Part shown: piece by piece, positions 54,101-64,000 of the stretch | How the letters are laid out: each line of letters starts with the position of its first letter | Position numbering within the stretch: the stretch's first letter is position 1 | Source: Escherichia coli | Lineage (GTDB): Bacteria; Pseudomonadota; Gammaproteobacteria; Enterobacterales; Enterobacteriaceae | Strand: one strand, 5' to 3' | Length of the DNA stretch: 64,000 bases | NCBI RefSeq assembly: GCF_013122565.1 | Contig: NZ_CP053258.1 | Made by a program: the position numbers and the translations under genes | Notes under the pieces: generated by a model | The model's database searches: none | Told to the model about the DNA's origin: nothing | What the model saw: only the letters and a program-made list of their open reading frames with translations

Positions 54101-55660
54101 GTCGTCGCCCATCGAACCGACCGCTTCCTGACCGTTTTCGCCCAGTACGCGAATTACGGAGTCCAGCTCTTCCGCGCTGTAGTTAAACTGTTTCTGGTAG
54201 CTGGCAAGCGTGTCGTCGTCCAGTTCGCGGCTACCCACTTCTTCATCGGGCAGATCTTCAAACGGTACCAGTCGGCGGACGTTTTTCTCCATCCACTCTT
54301 TATAAGGGTGGCGGCTTTTCAGATCGTCATCGGTTTCTGCCGAGTGCAGAATACGCCCACTGCGAGTGTCGATCACCATCAGTTCGCCTGGCCCGACGCG
54401 GCCTTTTTCGACCACTTCGTCAGGCTGGTAATCCCAGATACCGACTTCAGAGGCGCAGGTGATGAGCTTATCTTTGGTGATGACGTAGCGCGCCGGACGC
54501 AGACCGTTACGGTCGAGGTTACAGGCAGCAAAACGACCGTCAGACATCACGATGCCCGCCGGGCCATCCCACGGCTCCATATGCATGGAGTTAAAGTCAA
54601 AGAAGGCACGCAGTTCCGGGTCCATATCCGGGTTGTTCTGCCAGGCGGGTGGCACTAACAGGCGCATGGCGCGGATGATATCCATCCCGCCTGCCAGCAG
54701 GAGTTCCAGCATGTTATCCATCGAACTGGAGTCAGAGCCGGTTTCGTTGACGAACGGTGCGGCGTCGTGCAGGTCAGGGATAAGCGGTGTCTGGAATTTA
54801 TAAGTACGCGCACGCGCCCATTGGCGGTTACCGGTGATGGTGTTGATTTCACCGTTATGCGCCAGATAGCGGAACGGTTGCGCCAGCGGCCAGCGCGGTA
54901 CGGTGTTAGTGGAGAAGCGCTGGTGGAACAGGCAAATGGCCGATTCCAGACGCAGGTCCGCAAGATCCAGATAAAAGCGCGGCAGATCCGCCGGCATACA
55001 CAGACCTTTATAGATGTTCACCAGATTCGACAGGCTACAGACGTAGAAGTCTTTGTCGGCTTCGAGACGCTTTTCAATGCGGCGGCGGGCGATAAACAGA
55101 CGGCGCTCCATATCGCGTGGACGCCAGCCTGCCGGGGCGTTCACAAAAATTTGCTCAATGCGTGGCAGAGAGGAGAGGGCGATTTCACCCAGCACGCCTT
55201 CGTTAGTGGGGACATCACGCCAGCCCACAATCGACAAGGTTTCGCGTTGCAGTTCTTCTTCAACGATGCGGCGTGCGGCAGCGGCGAGTTCAGGATCTTT
55301 ATTCAGGAATAGCATCCCGACGGCGTAGTTTTTCGCTAAACGCCAGCCGCGCTCCTGCGCAACGATGCGAAAAAAGCGATCCGGTTTTTGTAACAGCAAG
55401 CCGCAACCGTCACCGGTTTTACCATCGGCGAGAATCGCGCCACGGTGCTGCATGCGGGCCAGTGCGTGTATTGCAGTACGCACTACCTTGTGGCTAGGTT
55501 CGCCTTCTATGTGGGCGATCAGGCCGAAACCACAGTTATCCCTCTCAAGGGATTTATCGTACAACATATCGTGAACCTCCCCCAGGCTCTGCGGGAACCC
55601 CACTTCCGAACCGCTGCGCACGGGCACAGAAAGAGCGTGGCGACGGGGTTTGCGTGTCAT
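51107..55660 (-). CDS. gltB: Glutamate synthase large subunit (precursor)
   Basis: About 1517-aa product MTRKPRRHALSVPV... with the mature N-terminal Cys in the motif LERDNCGFG; track ORF 5 codons longer. Confidence 0.95.
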   Translation of the reverse strand: MTRKPRRHALSVPVRSGSEVGFPQSLGEVHDMLYDKSLERDNCGFGLIAHIEGEPSHKVVRTAIHALARMQHRGAILADGKTGDGCGLLLQKPDRFFRIVAQERGWRLAKNYAVGMLFLNKDPELAAAARRIVEEELQRETLSIVGWRDVPTNEGVLGEIALSSLPRIEQIFVNAPAGWRPRDMERRLFIARRRIEKRLEADKDFYVCSLSNLVNIYKGLCMPADLPRFYLDLADLRLESAICLFHQRFSTNTVPRWPLAQPFRYLAHNGEINTITGNRQWARARTYKFQTPLIPDLHDAAPFVNETGSDSSSMDNMLELLLAGGMDIIRAMRLLVPPAWQNNPDMDPELRAFFDFNSMHMEPWDGPAGIVMSDGRFAACNLDRNGLRPARYVITKDKLITCASEVGIWDYQPDEVVEKGRVGPGELMVIDTRSGRILHSAETDDDLKSRHPYKEWMEKNVRRLVPFEDLPDEEVGSRELDDDTLASYQKQFNYSAEELDSVIRVLGENGQEAVGSMGDDTPFAVLSSQPRIIYDYFRQQFAQVTNPPIDPLREAHVMSLATSIGREMNVFCEAEGQAHRLSFKSPILLYSDFKQLTTMKEEHYRADTLDITFDVTKTTLEATVKELCDKAEKMVRSGTVLLVLSDRNIAKDRLPVPAPMAVGAIQTRLVDQSLRCDANIIVETASARDPHHFAVLLGFGATAIYPYLAYETLGRLVDTHAIAKDYRTVMLNYRNGINKGLYKIMSKMGISTIASYRCSKLFEAVGLHDDVVGLCFQGAVSRIGGASFEDFQQDLLNLSKRAWLARKPISQGGLLKYVHGGEYHAYNPDVVRTLQQAVQSGEYSDYQEYAKLVNERPATTLRDLLAITPGENAVNIADVEPASELFKRFDTAAMSIGALSPEAHEALAEAMNSIGGNSNSGEGGEDPARYGTNKVSRIKQVASGRFGVTPAYLVNADVIQIKVAQGAKPGEGGQLPGDKVTPYIAKLRYSVPGVTLISPPPHHDIYSIEDLAQLIFDLKQVNPKAMISVKLVSEPGVGTIATGVAKAYADLITIAGYDGGTGASPLSSVKYAGCPWELGLVETQQALVANGLRHKIRLQVDGGLKTGVDIIKAAILGAESFGFGTGPMVALGCKYLRICHLNNCATGVATQDDKLRKNHYHGLPFKVTNYFEFIARETRELMAQLGVTRLVDLIGRTDLLKELDGFTAKQQKLALSKLLETAEPHAGKALYCTENNPPFDNGLLNAQLLQQAKPFVDERQSKTFWFDIRNTDRSVGASLSGYIAQTHGDQGLAADPIKAYFNGTAGQSFGVWNAGGVELYLTGDANDYVGKGMAGGLIAIRPPVGSAFRSHEASIIGNTCLYGATGGRLYAAGRAGERFGVRNSGAITVVEGIGDNGCEYMTGGIVCILGKTGVNFGAGMTGGFAYVLDESGDFRKRVNPELVEVLSVDDLAIHEEHLRGLITEHVQHTGSQRGEEILANWSTFATKFALVKPKSSDVKALLGHRSRSAAELRVQAQ

Positions 55661-56241
55661 ACGCGCGCCTCGCATTCGCCCCCTTGTTGTCCTTTTCGCA
55701 TCGATTAATACGGTGAAGAGGGGATCTCAATTACTGCATAAATATGATGAGCAGGCTGCTCATCCAGAAAGCTTCCAGCGGATTTCCAACTTATCGGGAA
55801 AGCTGATACAGGTCAAATGGCAAGCTTATTGGTACAGAAATGTGCTTTAGCGCAAAATTCTTTATTAATTGACTGAAATTAAAATAGATTTTATCTTTAA
55901 GGCTAAAAGGGAAGTCGTTAGAGAAACAGTCAATTCCTGACTGTCATAAAGGCGTGTTAACCCTTATCCTGCCTTGAACTGACGAGAAAACCAGCATTTT
56001 ATACTGCCTTAATTGGTAATGACGTTTCATGCTACTGTTTTTGCCTAAAATCCATAAGGAGATAAAAAAATCTGACACAAGATAAGCAAAAGTGATTTAT
56101 GTGATTATGCATGAAATTTCGGTAATTTTGATTGATTATGCAGTTGATAAAAGCAGGCCGGGACGATTGATCCAGGTCATCGCCGAAATGAGCTAAAAAT
56201 GGCAGGCTTTGGCCTCTTTTCAAGGCGCGGTCTATCAGATT
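55661..56241. promoter_or_regulatory. Divergent gltB / yhcC promoter region with long AT-rich gltB upstream region
   Basis: 581-bp AT-rich non-coding region between divergent genes; individual binding sites not mapped. Confidence 0.4.
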
Positions 56242-57171
56242 ATGCAGTTACAGAAATTAGTCAATATGTTTGGTGGTGATCTCACCCGTCGTTATGGGCA
56301 AAAGGTGCATAAGCTGACGCTGCACGGCGGTTTTAGCTGCCCTAACCGTGACGGTACCATCGGGCGTGGCGGCTGCACATTCTGTAATGTTGCCTCGTTT
56401 GCTGATGAAGCGCAGCAACATCGTTCCATTGCCGAGCAACTGGCGCACCAGGCGAATTTAGTTAACCGCGCTAAACGCTATCTGGCCTACTTTCAGGCGT
56501 ATACCAGCACCTTTGCGGAAGTTCAGGTGCTGCGTTCTATGTATCAGCAGGCGGTGAGCCAGGCCAATATTGTCGGTTTGTGTGTTGGTACTCGCCCGGA
56601 CTGCGTGCCGGATGCGGTGCTGGATCTGCTTTGCGAATATAAGGACCAGGGCTACGAAGTGTGGCTGGAGCTGGGGCTACAAACCGCCCACGACAAAACC
56701 CTGCATCGCATCAACCGCGGCCATGATTTTGCCTGTTATCAGCGTACAACCCAGCTGGCACGTCAGCGCGGGCTGAAGGTGTGTTCTCACTTAATTGTCG
56801 GCCTGCCTGGCGAAGGGCAGGCTGAATGTTTGCAAACGCTGGAGCGCGTGGTTGAAACCGGCGTGGACGGTATAAAGCTGCATCCGCTGCATATTGTGAA
56901 AGGCAGCATTATGGCGAAAGCCTGGGAAGCGGGGCGTTTGAACGGTATTGAACTGGAGGATTACACGCTCACTGCCGGAGAAATGATTCGCCATACGCCA
57001 CCGGAAGTGATCTACCACCGCATTTCCGCCAGCGCCCGTCGCCCGACGCTGCTTGCTCCGCTGTGGTGCGAAAATCGATGGACGGGAATGGTCGAGCTGG
57101 ATCGCTATCTGAATGAACATGGCGTACAGGGATCGGCGCTGGGACGTCCGTGGCTACCTCCTACGGAGTAG
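56242..57171 (+). CDS. yhcC: Radical SAM family protein YhcC
   Basis: 309-aa product MQLQKLVNMFGGDL...; radical-SAM-like Cys motif CPNRDGTIGRGGCTFC. Confidence 0.85.
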   Translation: MQLQKLVNMFGGDLTRRYGQKVHKLTLHGGFSCPNRDGTIGRGGCTFCNVASFADEAQQHRSIAEQLAHQANLVNRAKRYLAYFQAYTSTFAEVQVLRSMYQQAVSQANIVGLCVGTRPDCVPDAVLDLLCEYKDQGYEVWLELGLQTAHDKTLHRINRGHDFACYQRTTQLARQRGLKVCSHLIVGLPGEGQAECLQTLERVVETGVDGIKLHPLHIVKGSIMAKAWEAGRLNGIELEDYTLTAGEMIRHTPPEVIYHRISASARRPTLLAPLWCENRWTGMVELDRYLNEHGVQGSALGRPWLPPTE

Positions 57172-57266
57172 GTCATTGAGGGGAATTCCGCATTTCTCAC
57201 ACAATTTATAACGTAACTGTCAGAATTGGGTATTATTGGGGCAGGTTGTCGTGAAGGAATTCCCTA

Positions 57267-59603
57267 ATGAAGCAAATTCGTCTGCTGGCGCAGTATTATG
57301 TTGACCTGATGATGAAGTTAGGTCTGGTGCGCTTCTCAATGTTGCTGGCGCTGGCCCTCGTCGTTCTTGCCATTGTGGTACAAATGGCGGTAACCATGGT
57401 GCTGCATGGTCAGGTCGAAAGCATTGATGTTATTCGTTCTATCTTCTTTGGTTTGCTGATTACGCCGTGGGCGGTCTACTTTCTATCGGTGGTCGTCGAG
57501 CAACTGGAGGAGTCACGGCAACGTCTGTCACGGCTGGTGCAAAAACTGGAGGAGATGCGCGAGCGCGATTTGAGCCTCAACGTTCAGTTAAAAGATAATA
57601 TTGCCCAGCTAAATCAGGAAATCGCCGTTCGTGAAAAAGCGGAAGCAGAACTGCAGGAAACCTTCGGCCAACTGAAAATTGAAATCAAAGAGCGCGAAGA
57701 GACACAAATTCAGCTCGAGCAGCAATCCTCATTCTTACGTTCCTTCCTTGATGCTTCACCCGACCTGGTTTTTTATCGTAACGAAGATAAAGAGTTTTCC
57801 GGCTGTAACCGCGCGATGGAGCTGCTGACCGGAAAAAGCGAAAAACAACTGGTTCATCTGAAACCTGCTGATGTTTACTCACCGGAAGCCGCTGCGAAAG
57901 TCATTGAAACCGATGAAAAAGTATTCCGTCATAATGTGTCACTGACCTATGAGCAGTGGCTGGATTATCCCGACGGACGCAAAGCCTGCTTTGAAATTCG
58001 TAAAGTGCCGTACTACGACCGCGTGGGTAAACGTCACGGTTTGATGGGCTTTGGTCGCGACATTACCGAGCGTAAGCGGTATCAGGATGCGCTTGAACGC
58101 GCCAGCCGCGACAAAACGACGTTTATTTCCACCATCAGTCACGAATTGCGTACACCGCTGAACGGTATCGTCGGCCTGAGCCGCATCCTACTGGATACCG
58201 AACTCACCGCCGAGCAGGAAAAATATCTCAAAACTATCCATGTTTCGGCCGTCACGCTGGGGAATATCTTCAACGATATTATCGACATGGATAAGATGGA
58301 ACGGCGCAAGGTCCAGCTTGATAATCAGCCGGTTGATTTCACCAGCTTCCTTGCCGATCTGGAAAATCTCTCCGCCTTGCAGGCGCAACAAAAAGGATTG
58401 CGCTTTAACCTGGAGCCTACGCTGCCATTACCGCATCAGGTCATTACCGACGGGACGCGTTTACGGCAGATCCTGTGGAACCTCATCAGTAACGCCGTCA
58501 AATTCACCCAGCAAGGCCAGGTTACCGTGCGCGTGCGCTACGATGAAGGCGATATGCTGCATTTTGAAGTGGAAGATTCTGGTATCGGCATTCCGCAGGA
58601 TGAGCTGGATAAAATCTTCGCCATGTATTACCAGGTGAAAGACAGCCATGGCGGTAAACCTGCCACCGGCACCGGTATTGGTCTGGCCGTTTCTCGTCGT
58701 CTGGCGAAAAATATGGGCGGCGATATTACGGTTACCAGCGAACAGGGTAAAGGTTCAACCTTTACGTTGACGATCCACGCACCGTCGGTAGCAGAAGAGG
58801 TCGATGATGCGTTTGATGAAGACGATATGCCTTTACCGGCGCTGAATGTGCTGCTGGTGGAAGACATTGAACTGAACGTGATTGTCGCGCGTTCTGTGCT
58901 GGAAAAATTAGGTAACAGCGTTGATGTCGCCATGACCGGCAAGGCGGCGCTGGAGATGTTTAAACCGGGCGAATACGACCTGGTGTTGCTGGATATTCAG
59001 TTGCCAGATATGACCGGGCTGGATATCTCTCGTGAACTGACGAAGCGTTATCCGCGCGAGGATTTACCGCCGCTGGTGGCTTTAACCGCTAACGTGCTGA
59101 AAGACAAGCAAGAGTACCTCAATGCTGGAATGGATGATGTGCTGAGTAAGCCGCTTTCTGTTCCGGCGCTAACCGCGATGATCAAGAAATTCTGGGATAC
59201 CCAGGATGATGAGGAGAGTACGGTGACGACAGAAGAGAACGGTAAATCAGAAGCATTGCTCGATATTCCCATGCTGGAACAGTATCTCGAACTTGTAGGA
59301 CCGAAGCTGATCACCGACGGGTTAGCGGTGTTTGAGAAGATGATGCCGGGCTATGTCAGCGTGCTGGAGTCGAATCTGACGGCGCAGGATAAAAAAGGCA
59401 TTGTTGAGGAAGGACATAAAATTAAAGGTGCGGCGGGGTCAGTGGGGTTACGCCATCTGCAACAGCTAGGTCAGCAAATTCAGTCTCCGGACCTTCCTGC
59501 CTGGGAAGATAACGTCGGTGAATGGATTGAAGAGATGAAAGAAGAGTGGCGTCACGACGTAGAAGTGCTGAAAGCGTGGGTGGCAAAAGCCACTAAAAAA
59601 TGA
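57267..59603 (+). CDS. arcB: Aerobic respiration control sensor kinase ArcB
   Basis: 778-aa hybrid histidine kinase: two TMs, PAS, HisKA (SHELRTPLN), receiver and HPt domains. Confidence 0.95.
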   Translation: MKQIRLLAQYYVDLMMKLGLVRFSMLLALALVVLAIVVQMAVTMVLHGQVESIDVIRSIFFGLLITPWAVYFLSVVVEQLEESRQRLSRLVQKLEEMRERDLSLNVQLKDNIAQLNQEIAVREKAEAELQETFGQLKIEIKEREETQIQLEQQSSFLRSFLDASPDLVFYRNEDKEFSGCNRAMELLTGKSEKQLVHLKPADVYSPEAAAKVIETDEKVFRHNVSLTYEQWLDYPDGRKACFEIRKVPYYDRVGKRHGLMGFGRDITERKRYQDALERASRDKTTFISTISHELRTPLNGIVGLSRILLDTELTAEQEKYLKTIHVSAVTLGNIFNDIIDMDKMERRKVQLDNQPVDFTSFLADLENLSALQAQQKGLRFNLEPTLPLPHQVITDGTRLRQILWNLISNAVKFTQQGQVTVRVRYDEGDMLHFEVEDSGIGIPQDELDKIFAMYYQVKDSHGGKPATGTGIGLAVSRRLAKNMGGDITVTSEQGKGSTFTLTIHAPSVAEEVDDAFDEDDMPLPALNVLLVEDIELNVIVARSVLEKLGNSVDVAMTGKAALEMFKPGEYDLVLLDIQLPDMTGLDISRELTKRYPREDLPPLVALTANVLKDKQEYLNAGMDDVLSKPLSVPALTAMIKKFWDTQDDEESTVTTEENGKSEALLDIPMLEQYLELVGPKLITDGLAVFEKMMPGYVSVLESNLTAQDKKGIVEEGHKIKGAAGSVGLRHLQQLGQQIQSPDLPAWEDNVGEWIEEMKEEWRHDVEVLKAWVAKATKK

Positions 59604-59715
59604 CCCCGGCTAGACCGGGGTGCGCGAATACTGCGCCAACACCAGGGAAATCTTGGCTGCGCCGTAAATTATTATGATGAGTTACAAGGGCACAGCACTG
59701 TTTTTCAGGCCGCAC
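59595..59715 (-). ncRNA. arcZ: Small regulatory RNA ArcZ (SraH/RyhA), convergent with and overlapping the arcB 3' end
   Basis: Minus-strand sequence GTGCGGCCTGAAAAACAGTGCTGTGCCCTTGTAACTCATCATAATAATTTACGGCGCAGCCAAGATTTCCCTGGTGTTGGCGCAGTATTCGCGCACCCCGGTCTAGCCGGGGTCATTTTTT matches ArcZ as I recall it, including the terminator hairpin CCCCGG-TCTAG-CCGGGG and U-tract. Confidence 0.8.
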
Positions 59716-59832
59716 GCAGTTAAGATAGCAAAACTTAAATGATTTGTTACATGAATCAGTTAAATGTGTGATGCGTACCATTTTTATTAAAAAAATTAAT
59801 GTGTTTCAGTCAATTGCGAAAGGATGATCACA

Positions 59833-60486
59833 ATGAAGAAAATTGGCGTAATTCTGAGCGGATGCGGCGTCTATGACGGTTCTGAAATTCATGAAGCGGT
59901 GTTGACGTTGTTAGCTATTTCACGCAGCGGTGCGCAGGCGGTCTGCTTTGCACCGGATAAGCAGCAGGTTGATGTTATCAATCATTTAACTGGCGAAGCG
60001 ATGACGGAAACGCGCAATGTGCTGATTGAAGCGGCACGAATAACGCGCGGTGAAATCCGTCCTCTGGCCCAGGCCGATGCCGCTGAACTGGATGCGTTGA
60101 TTGTGCCGGGGGGTTTTGGCGCGGCGAAGAATTTAAGCAATTTTGCCAGTCTTGGTAGCGAATGCACCGTTGACCGTGAATTAAAGGTGCTGGCACAAGC
60201 GATGCATCAGGCCGGAAAACCGCTTGGTTTTATGTGTATTGCCCCGGCGATGCTGCCGAAAATTTTCGATTTCCCGCTGCGTTTGACCATCGGTACTGAT
60301 ATCGATACCGCAGAAGTGCTGGAAGAGATGGGCGCGGAGCATGTGCCGTGTCCTGTCGATGATATCGTGGTTGATGAAGACAATAAGATTGTCACCACCC
60401 CAGCATATATGCTGGCGCAGAACATTGCAGAAGCGGCGAGCGGCATTGATAAGCTGGTTTCCCGCGTGCTGGTTCTGGCTGAATGA
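59833..60486 (+). CDS. elbB: DJ-1/PfpI-family glyoxalase-like protein ElbB
   Basis: 217-aa product [23 protein letters not shown].... Confidence 0.9.
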   Translation: MKKIGVILSGCGVYDGSEIHEAVLTLLAISRSGAQAVCFAPDKQQVDVINHLTGEAMTETRNVLIEAARITRGEIRPLAQADAAELDALIVPGGFGAAKNLSNFASLGSECTVDRELKVLAQAMHQAGKPLGFMCIAPAMLPKIFDFPLRLTIGTDIDTAEVLEEMGAEHVPCPVDDIVVDEDNKIVTTPAYMLAQNIAEAASGIDKLVSRVLVLAE

Positions 60487-61211
60487 GTAAAAGCCGCTTA
60501 ACGGTGTTTAGTTTCGTTCGCCGTTTTCTTTTGCGGTTAATGGTTGTCCTCGCCGTTTTCTGGGGCGGGGGCATCGCGTTGTTTAGCGTTGCGCCTGTTC
60601 CCTTCTCAGCGGTAATGGTCGAGCGACAGGTCAGCGCCTGGCTGCATGGCAATTTTCGTTACGTGGCACATTCTGACTGGGTCAGTATGGATCAAATCTC
60701 GCCGTGGATGGGACTGGCGGTGATTGCCGCAGAAGATCAGAAATTTCCTGAGCACTGGGGCTTTGATGTCGCTTCCATTGAGAAAGCCCTGGCGCACAAT
60801 GAGCGCAATGAAAACCGTATTCGCGGTGCTTCAACGATTTCTCAACAGACAGCCAAAAATCTCTTTTTATGGGATGGGCGTAGCTGGGTTCGAAAAGGGC
60901 TGGAAGCCGGATTAACGCTGGGGATAGAAACTGTCTGGAGCAAAAAGCGTATCCTGACGGTTTACCTGAATATCGCCGAATTTGGCGACGGTGTGTTTGG
61001 CGTCGAAGCTGCGGCACAACGTTATTTCCACAAACCCGCGAGCAAACTTACCCGATCGGAAGCTGCCTTACTGGCAGCTGTATTACCTAATCCACTTCGT
61101 TTCAAAGTCTCCGCGCCATCGGGCTACGTGCGCAGCCGTCAGGCGTGGATTTTACGGCAGATGTATCAGTTAGGCGGTGAGCCGTTTATGCAACAACACC
61201 AGCTGGATTAA
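60483..61211 (+). CDS. mtgA: Monofunctional peptidoglycan glycosyltransferase
   Basis: 242-aa ORF with N-terminal TM and transglycosylase motifs ([14 protein letters not shown]); overlaps the elbB stop. Confidence 0.9.
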   Translation: MSKSRLTVFSFVRRFLLRLMVVLAVFWGGGIALFSVAPVPFSAVMVERQVSAWLHGNFRYVAHSDWVSMDQISPWMGLAVIAAEDQKFPEHWGFDVASIEKALAHNERNENRIRGASTISQQTAKNLFLWDGRSWVRKGLEAGLTLGIETVWSKKRILTVYLNIAEFGDGVFGVEAAAQRYFHKPASKLTRSEAALLAAVLPNPLRFKVSAPSGYVRSRQAWILRQMYQLGGEPFMQQHQLD

Positions 61212-61840
61212 GCTTCGCGCGAAGCGAGGGCCAGCGTTTTGCTCTCACGAGGTTGCAGATCTTTCTGCAGGGCAATAGCCAGCGCCGGTTGGGCGATAAA
61301 TCGTTTCCACAACCGCTCTTGCTTACGCAGACAACACCACTTTGACCAGGTCGCCAGTGGAATCAATGTGCTTTCACCAATGTTGTCGCAGACAACGGGG
61401 ATAACCTCTGACTCACTAATGCGGTGACAGAGGATATTCTGCGGCTTCAGCGACATCGTCACGATACGGTTATCCTGCAAATAACACTTCAGATGTTTCA
61501 GTAACTGGCGCAGTTGTGCAACGTCTTCTTCGTAACGGCATTGTTCAGCAAATTCGGTCAGCGTAATGGAGGGCTTGCCGTCAAAATCGGCAATCACATC
61601 ATAAACATAACCGGTTCCGCAATCCGTCTCGACGGTACCGTGATAGCGCGGTATTCCACTCCAGTCTTTTAACCGGCGACCAAGATGCGCGTAGTACTTT
61701 AACTCACGACGGATCTCTTTATCGCCACCATCGCCACGATGGTAGACAATCTTGATACAGCGTTGGGCATCTTCCGGATGCGCATAACATTTCCGATGTC
61801 TTCCGGTGCCCAGGGGACTTTGTTCAGATAAGCGAATCAT
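61208..61840 (-). CDS. yrbL: PhoP-regulated protein YrbL
   Basis: 210-aa product [24 protein letters not shown]...; AGGAG RBS; track ORF 19 codons longer. Confidence 0.85.
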   Translation of the reverse strand: MIRLSEQSPLGTGRHRKCYAHPEDAQRCIKIVYHRGDGGDKEIRRELKYYAHLGRRLKDWSGIPRYHGTVETDCGTGYVYDVIADFDGKPSITLTEFAEQCRYEEDVAQLRQLLKHLKCYLQDNRIVTMSLKPQNILCHRISESEVIPVVCDNIGESTLIPLATWSKWCCLRKQERLWKRFIAQPALAIALQKDLQPRESKTLALASREA

Positions 61841-61890
61841 GCCATCTCCTGGAAATATTTTCTGACGATCTCCAGTATGGTCGATTAACT

Positions 61891-61907
61891 TAAACAAAAC
61901 CTAAACA
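61891..61907 (-). promoter_or_regulatory. PhoP box (direct repeat TGTTTA-N5-TGTTTA) upstream of yrbL
   Basis: Minus strand reads TGTTTAGGTTTTGTTTA, a perfect hexamer direct repeat with 5-nt spacer about 50 bp upstream of the yrbL start. Confidence 0.65.
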
Positions 61908-62053
61908 ATGCCTCTTAAGGTTTTCTTAAGGTTCTTCTGAAAGTGAAAAGCGCACAAAATGTACAAATGACGTTGATTGAGAACGATTTCAGTACGTGAT
62001 TTTCTTATTGTCGGGGGGAGTTTGAAGGGAGTTGTATGTCAAAGTGATGAAGA

Positions 62054-62326
62054 TTAATCTTCATCAAAACCAGAATTAAAGAGGGCGATAACGGCGGCCA
62101 GTGCTTCCTCTTCCTGTGGACCGGTCGCTTCAACTTCAATCTGCCGTCCTTTGGCAGAATCCAACATCAGCAGCGCAATAACGCTGTTGGCTTCAGCCTC
62201 GGTGCCTTCGTCATTACGTAACAGCACTTCAGCGTCAAAACCCTGCATTAATTCAAACAGCTTCATTGCAGGCCGGGCATGCATGCCCAGCTTGTTTGTG
62301 ATTTCAACAGTTTGCTTGACGGTCAT
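62054..62326 (-). CDS. npr: Phosphocarrier protein NPr (PTS-Ntr)
   Basis: 90-aa HPr-like ORF with active-site His in GMHARPA. Confidence 0.9.
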
Positions 62327-63177
62327 GGTTTACGTTTTTCCAGCGTACGATGGCGTGACTGGACGTTTTTACCGCGCGAGCGGAAGTAGTCTGCCAGTTG
62401 CTCTGCAATATACACCGAACGGTGCTTCCCGCCGGTACAACCAATGGCGACCGTCAAGTAGCTACGGTTGTTGGTTTCCAGCATAGGTAACCATAGCTCA
62501 AGATAGCTTCGCGTCTGGTAGATAAAATTGTGTACTTCTGTGTGGCGGTCGAGGAACGCGGCGACAGGCTTATCAAGACCTGTCATTGGACGCAGTTTCG
62601 GATCCCAGTGCGGGTTCGGCAAGAAGCGCACGTCAAAGACGTAATCTGCATCGATAGGGATACCGTGTTTGAAGCCGAAAGACTCAAAGACCATTGTCAG
62701 TTCGCGTTCACGTTTACCCAGCAGACGGGTACGCAGCATTTCTGCCAGCTCGTGAACGGACATTTCTGAGGTATCGACAATCAGATCCGCTCGCGAACGC
62801 AGAGGCTCCAGCAGATCGCTTTCTTTGTCGATAGCACTTTCCAGCGACAGGTTTTTGCTGGAAAGCGGATGCAGTCGGCGCGTGTCACTGTAACGACGAA
62901 TTAAGGTATTACGGTCGGCATCCAGGAACAGTAGTTGCGGTGAGAAAGCGTCAGGCAGGTTACTCATCGCCTGTTCGAATATTTCTGGTGACTCCGGCAT
63001 ATTACGAACATCAATGCTGACGGCGGCAGAAATCTCGCGATCGGCCAGGGTTCGAGCCAGATCGGGTAACAACACTACGGGAAGGTTATCCACGCAGTAA
63101 AAACCCATATCTTCCAGCGCACGCAGGGCGACAGATTTACCTGAACCTGAACGTCCGCTGACGATCATCAGTACCAT
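62323..63177 (-). CDS. rapZ: RNase adaptor protein RapZ (YhbJ)
   Basis: 284-aa ORF with N-terminal Walker A GRSGSGKS; overlaps npr start. Confidence 0.95.
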
Positions 63178-63222
63178 GTACTGTTTCTCCTCACAACGTC
63201 TAAAAGAGACATTACCGAATAA

Positions 63223-63714
63223 CTACGCTTCATCCGGAGTACCTTCGGTATCCGTAATGATTTGATACAGCTCTTCATCGCTCTGGGCTGCGCGTAAACG
63301 GCGGCAGATGGTTTTGTCCGCCAGACGTTTCGCCACCAGCGACAGAGTATGCAGGTGCGTTTTAGTTTGGTCTGCCGGCACCAGCAGGGCAAAAAGTAAG
63401 TCCACCGGTTGGTTGTCGATGGCATCGAAAGCAATAGGCGTTTCGAGCTGAACGAAAACGCCAACGGCACGCAGAGTATCTTCTTCCAGTTTGCCATGCG
63501 GAATGGCAATACCATTGCCGATACCGGTACTGCCCATTTTTTCCCGCGTCAGGATAGCTTCAAAAACCACCTGAGGCGGTAGGCTAAGTTGTTTCGCCGC
63601 CAGCTCGCTGATAATTTCCAGGGCGCGTTTTTTGCTCTGACAGTGGACGCGGCTTCGCGTACATTCCCTGTTAAGAACACTGCTAAGCTGTAGAGTTGTA
63701 TCATTATTTGTCAT
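63223..63714 (-). CDS. ptsN: PTS-Ntr enzyme IIA
   Basis: 163-aa product MTNNDTTLQLSSVLNRECTR... with the EIIA-fructose-family motif GNGIAIPHG. Confidence 0.9.
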   Translation of the reverse strand: MTNNDTTLQLSSVLNRECTRSRVHCQSKKRALEIISELAAKQLSLPPQVVFEAILTREKMGSTGIGNGIAIPHGKLEEDTLRAVGVFVQLETPIAFDAIDNQPVDLLFALLVPADQTKTHLHTLSLVAKRLADKTICRRLRAAQSDEELYQIITDTEGTPDEA

Positions 63715-63831
63715 AATTTCACCTAAGAACCTGCCCACTCAAACAGTGGAACAGGCTCGGAGCATTAACCGTACAAATGGCCCGTTGTGCCGCACAACAG
63801 GCCGCCATGCACATGCTAATTGCCCGGACAA

Positions 63832-64000
63832 TTAGTGTTGTTTCAGTTTATCTTTATGTTTGGTCAACTGGCGTGCCAGCTTATCAATTAAGCCATCAAT
63901 GGCAGCGTACATGTCCTGACCTTCCGCGCTGGCATGAATTTCACCACCGTTTACATGCAGTGTTGCATCTGAGGTGTGGGTGACTTTTTCCACTTTCAGA
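63832..64000 (-). CDS. hpf: Ribosome hibernation promoting factor Hpf (C-terminal part; 5' end beyond window)
   Basis: Minus-strand translation ends ...ARQLTKHKDKLKQH with stop at 63832..63834; partial gene at the window edge. Confidence 0.8.
   Translation of the reverse strand, partial: LKVEKVTHTSDATLHVNGGEIHASAEGQDMYAAIDGLIDKLARQLTKHKDKLKQH

Noticed and set aside
53144-54658. Two long plus-strand ORFs (258 aa and 244 aa) inside gltB
   Set aside because: They lie entirely antisense to the well-supported gltB coding sequence; shadow ORFs of this kind are typical opposite a GC-rich gene, and they have no RBS or recognisable domains.

Overview
This window reads as an Escherichia coli-type chromosomal segment, in reverse orientation relative to K-12 numbering, running from panF to hpf. 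The core gene order is recognisable by translation: panF–yhdT, accCB, acuI, csrD, mreBCD–yhdE–rng, yhdP, tldD, aaeRXAB, yhcO/yhcN, argR, mdh, degS, degQ, yhcB, zapE, rplM–rpsI, sspAB, dcuD, nanR–nanATEK–yhcH, yhcG, gltDB, yhcC, arcB with the antisense sRNA ArcZ, elbB, mtgA, yrbL, npr–rapZ–ptsN–hpf. The main non-core feature is an ~8.6 kb accessory island (about 889..9521) between yhdT and the accC terminator. It encodes a DeoR-type regulator, two paralogous PfkB-family sugar kinases, a GatY/KbaY-like class II ketose-bisphosphate aldolase, a three-component RbsB/RbsA/RbsC-type ABC sugar importer and a 348-aa protein of unknown function. I read it as an uncharacterised ketose (tagatose-like) uptake and catabolism module; the substrate is inference only. 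Other points of interest: gltF and the yhcADEF fimbrial genes, which I recall lying between gltD and yhcG in K-12, are absent; yhcG carries three in-frame 39-bp tandem palindromic repeats with a fourth copy just past its stop; and there are two copies of a GC-rich palindromic intergenic element, a PhoP box upstream of yrbL, the NanR GGTATA operator, and a 276-aa gene I cannot place between acuI and accB. No rRNA, tRNA, CRISPR array, integrase or transposase was found. All calls come from reading the sequence and from memory of protein families; no database search was run.
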